Assembly: GCA_038205935.1 (NCBI GenBank)
Contig: JBBRBK010000003.1
Span: 37,742-101,741 of the forward strand
From: Campylobacterales bacterium
Lineage (GTDB): Bacteria > Campylobacterota > Campylobacteria > Campylobacterales > Sulfurimonadaceae
DNA: 64,000 nt
Reading direction: 5' to 3'
Positions 62,294 through 64,000 of the stretch are shown here, piece after piece. Every line of letters starts with the position of its first letter. Position 1 is the stretch's first letter. The position numbers were made by a program, and so were the translations under genes. Below the pieces are notes generated by a model that saw only the letters and a list, made by a program, of their open reading frames with translations, made no database searches and had not been told where the DNA came from.

Positions 62294-64000
62294 ATGAAAC
62301 TTACAAATATTTTTTCGAGGGTTTTGGCTATTTTTTGGTTTATGATAATGTTTATCTTTCTTATCCCTGCAACATCAGAGGCTGGGATCAACATTACATC
62401 TACTACGCTCAATGGCTCATCAAGTGTTTCAGTTGCTCCTAATGCCACCATCAGTGCGGTCGTAAATGTTACTATAAATAGCACAAATTGGCACTCTACT
62501 TCGTGGAAAATTGGCACAGGGACTACAACTTGCGTTAATCATACTGATCATAACGGTAATAGTAACTATAGTGAAACATTTGACATTACAGCTCCAAGCC
62601 CATCTGGTATATATTCCGTAACATTTGTAGCTTCTTCAAAGAATGATTGTAGTGCTGGAACAATCGATAGCTCGACGATGAACAATGCTATCACAGTGAT
62701 TAGTCCTAAAATCAATATCCAAGGAAATAGTACAACTATTCCCAATGGTGACACCACACCAAGCACAACTGATAATACTGATTTTGGAACTGTAGCAGTT
62801 GGAAGTAGTGTTAGTAAAACTTTTACGATTCAAAACACAGGAACTGCGGCGCTCAGCCTGACTGGAACTCCTATTGTTACAGCTACTGGTGTTTTTTCGG
62901 TCACAACTCAGCCCACCTCTCCTGTCGCAGCAAGTGGGTCGACAACTTTTACTATCAAATATACTCCTACTACATCAGGAACAAACAGCAATACTATCTC
63001 AATAGCAAGTAATGATACAACAAACTCTCCTTATACTTTTAATATTCAAGGAACAGGGATCGCACCAACTTTTTCAATCACAGACCAAAACATAACAGAA
63101 GGAAGCACCGGATATCACCTTGTTCAGGTTCCAGTACACATCAGCAATCCTCAAACGGGAACATATACAGTCAACTATACTACTACCGATGGAACTGCAG
63201 TGCATTCCACTACAACTACACCAGGTGATTATAATGCAACATCTGGAACACTGACATTTACAAGTCCGTATGCTGACCAAAATATTTCAGTATGGATCAA
63301 TGGAGATACGATTCCTGAAAATGATGAAAATTTTTCTATCACACTTTCTAATCCTATAGCTAATACTACAATCTCTAGGCCAGTTGCAACAATGACTATC
63401 ATTGATGATGATAATATGGGTTACTGTGAGAGAAATGGTTTATCTAATGGGTTTCATATAGCAAACCCTTTTAATGATGTTAATAGATCTATCGAAATCT
63501 ACTGCTACAACAATAAAGACTATATTGCCTTGCCTATTAAAAATAACTCTAATAACTTTGTCTTTAATAACAATACACTTGCAAGTACAAACTATTATAC
63601 TGAAGCCAGTACACACGCATCAAGTTTTGATGCGATTGAGATAAATGCTTATACCTTAAAAGTAAAAGCAAACTCGACAACACAACTACTTCCACAAACC
63701 ATATCAGGAACTGGAATTACCACTTTTAATACCATGGGTTCATCTTTTAGTAATATCAATCTAACAGCTACACCCTTTGCAATTGATTGGGATAATACTA
63801 CCATTACAAACTGTACACAAGCAAAACTCAGAACAGCATATTATGGGCAGGATGTAAAAATAAATTCGCTTAATTATGACAGTAAAGCCATTTGTAACAT
63901 CACCAAAATGCAATTGAAACTTCTTGATGATTACCACTACGTGACATACAACGGTAGTGAGGTTTTACAGCCTACATGTAAGACTATGGCTGAAGCTGTT
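62294..64000 (+). CDS. Large secreted surface protein/adhesin (Ig-like and Calx-beta domains), 3'-truncated by window
   Basis: Absent from the ORF track because it has no stop; hand translation from ATG 62294 gives signal peptide, [49 protein letters not shown]. Confidence 0.85.
   Translation, partial: MKLTNIFSRVLAIFWFMIMFIFLIPATSEAGINITSTTLNGSSSVSVAPNATISAVVNVTINSTNWHSTSWKIGTGTTTCVNHTDHNGNSNYSETFDITAPSPSGIYSVTFVASSKNDCSAGTIDSSTMNNAITVISPKINIQGNSTTIPNGDTTPSTTDNTDFGTVAVGSSVSKTFTIQNTGTAALSLTGTPIVTATGVFSVTTQPTSPVAASGSTTFTIKYTPTTSGTNSNTISIASNDTTNSPYTFNIQGTGIAPTFSITDQNITEGSTGYHLVQVPVHISNPQTGTYTVNYTTTDGTAVHSTTTTPGDYNATSGTLTFTSPYADQNISVWINGDTIPENDENFSITLSNPIANTTISRPVATMTIIDDDNMGYCERNGLSNGFHIANPFNDVNRSIEIYCYNNKDYIALPIKNNSNNFVFNNNTLASTNYYTEASTHASSFDAIEINAYTLKVKANSTTQLLPQTISGTGITTFNTMGSSFSNINLTATPFAIDWDNTTITNCTQAKLRTAYYGQDVKINSLNYDSKAICNITKMQLKLLDDYHYVTYNGSEVLQPTCKTMAEAV

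Overview
AT-rich bacterial chromosome window from a Sulfurimonas/Sulfuricurvum-like Campylobacterota member, inferred from gene content (epsilon-type nuo cluster next to pflA, monomeric icd, long EF-Ts). Most of it is core housekeeping: uvrB, icd, argS-tatA-gmk, fliR, tsf-rpsB, murG-ftsW, mqnP, miaA, a complete nuoA-N cluster and nfo. It also holds a sulfur/redox island (SQR-like, DUF1641, two-component system, two YeeE proteins, exported Tpx, dsbD remnant) and a large surface protein running off the 3' end. The most striking unexplained signal is a highly iterated palindrome, (CT)TACATGTA(AG), with 17 intact TACATGTA copies counted by eye. Four further sites carry an 18-bp hairpin-forming mini-element, GCRAAGTGCCCTKTGGGN, always at the same position in the palindrome. 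One of these sits in frame inside the acyl-CoA ligase gene, probably with a second copy on the opposite strand. This resembles the cyanobacterial HIP1/SDR5 arrangement. Other notable items are an attC-like fold-back in front of an orphan gene, an internally deleted fadL, and a complex I with a NuoF/GltD-like fusion and two NuoG paralogs. I saw no rRNA, tRNA, CRISPR array or transposase. All family calls come from recognising motifs, not from database searches.
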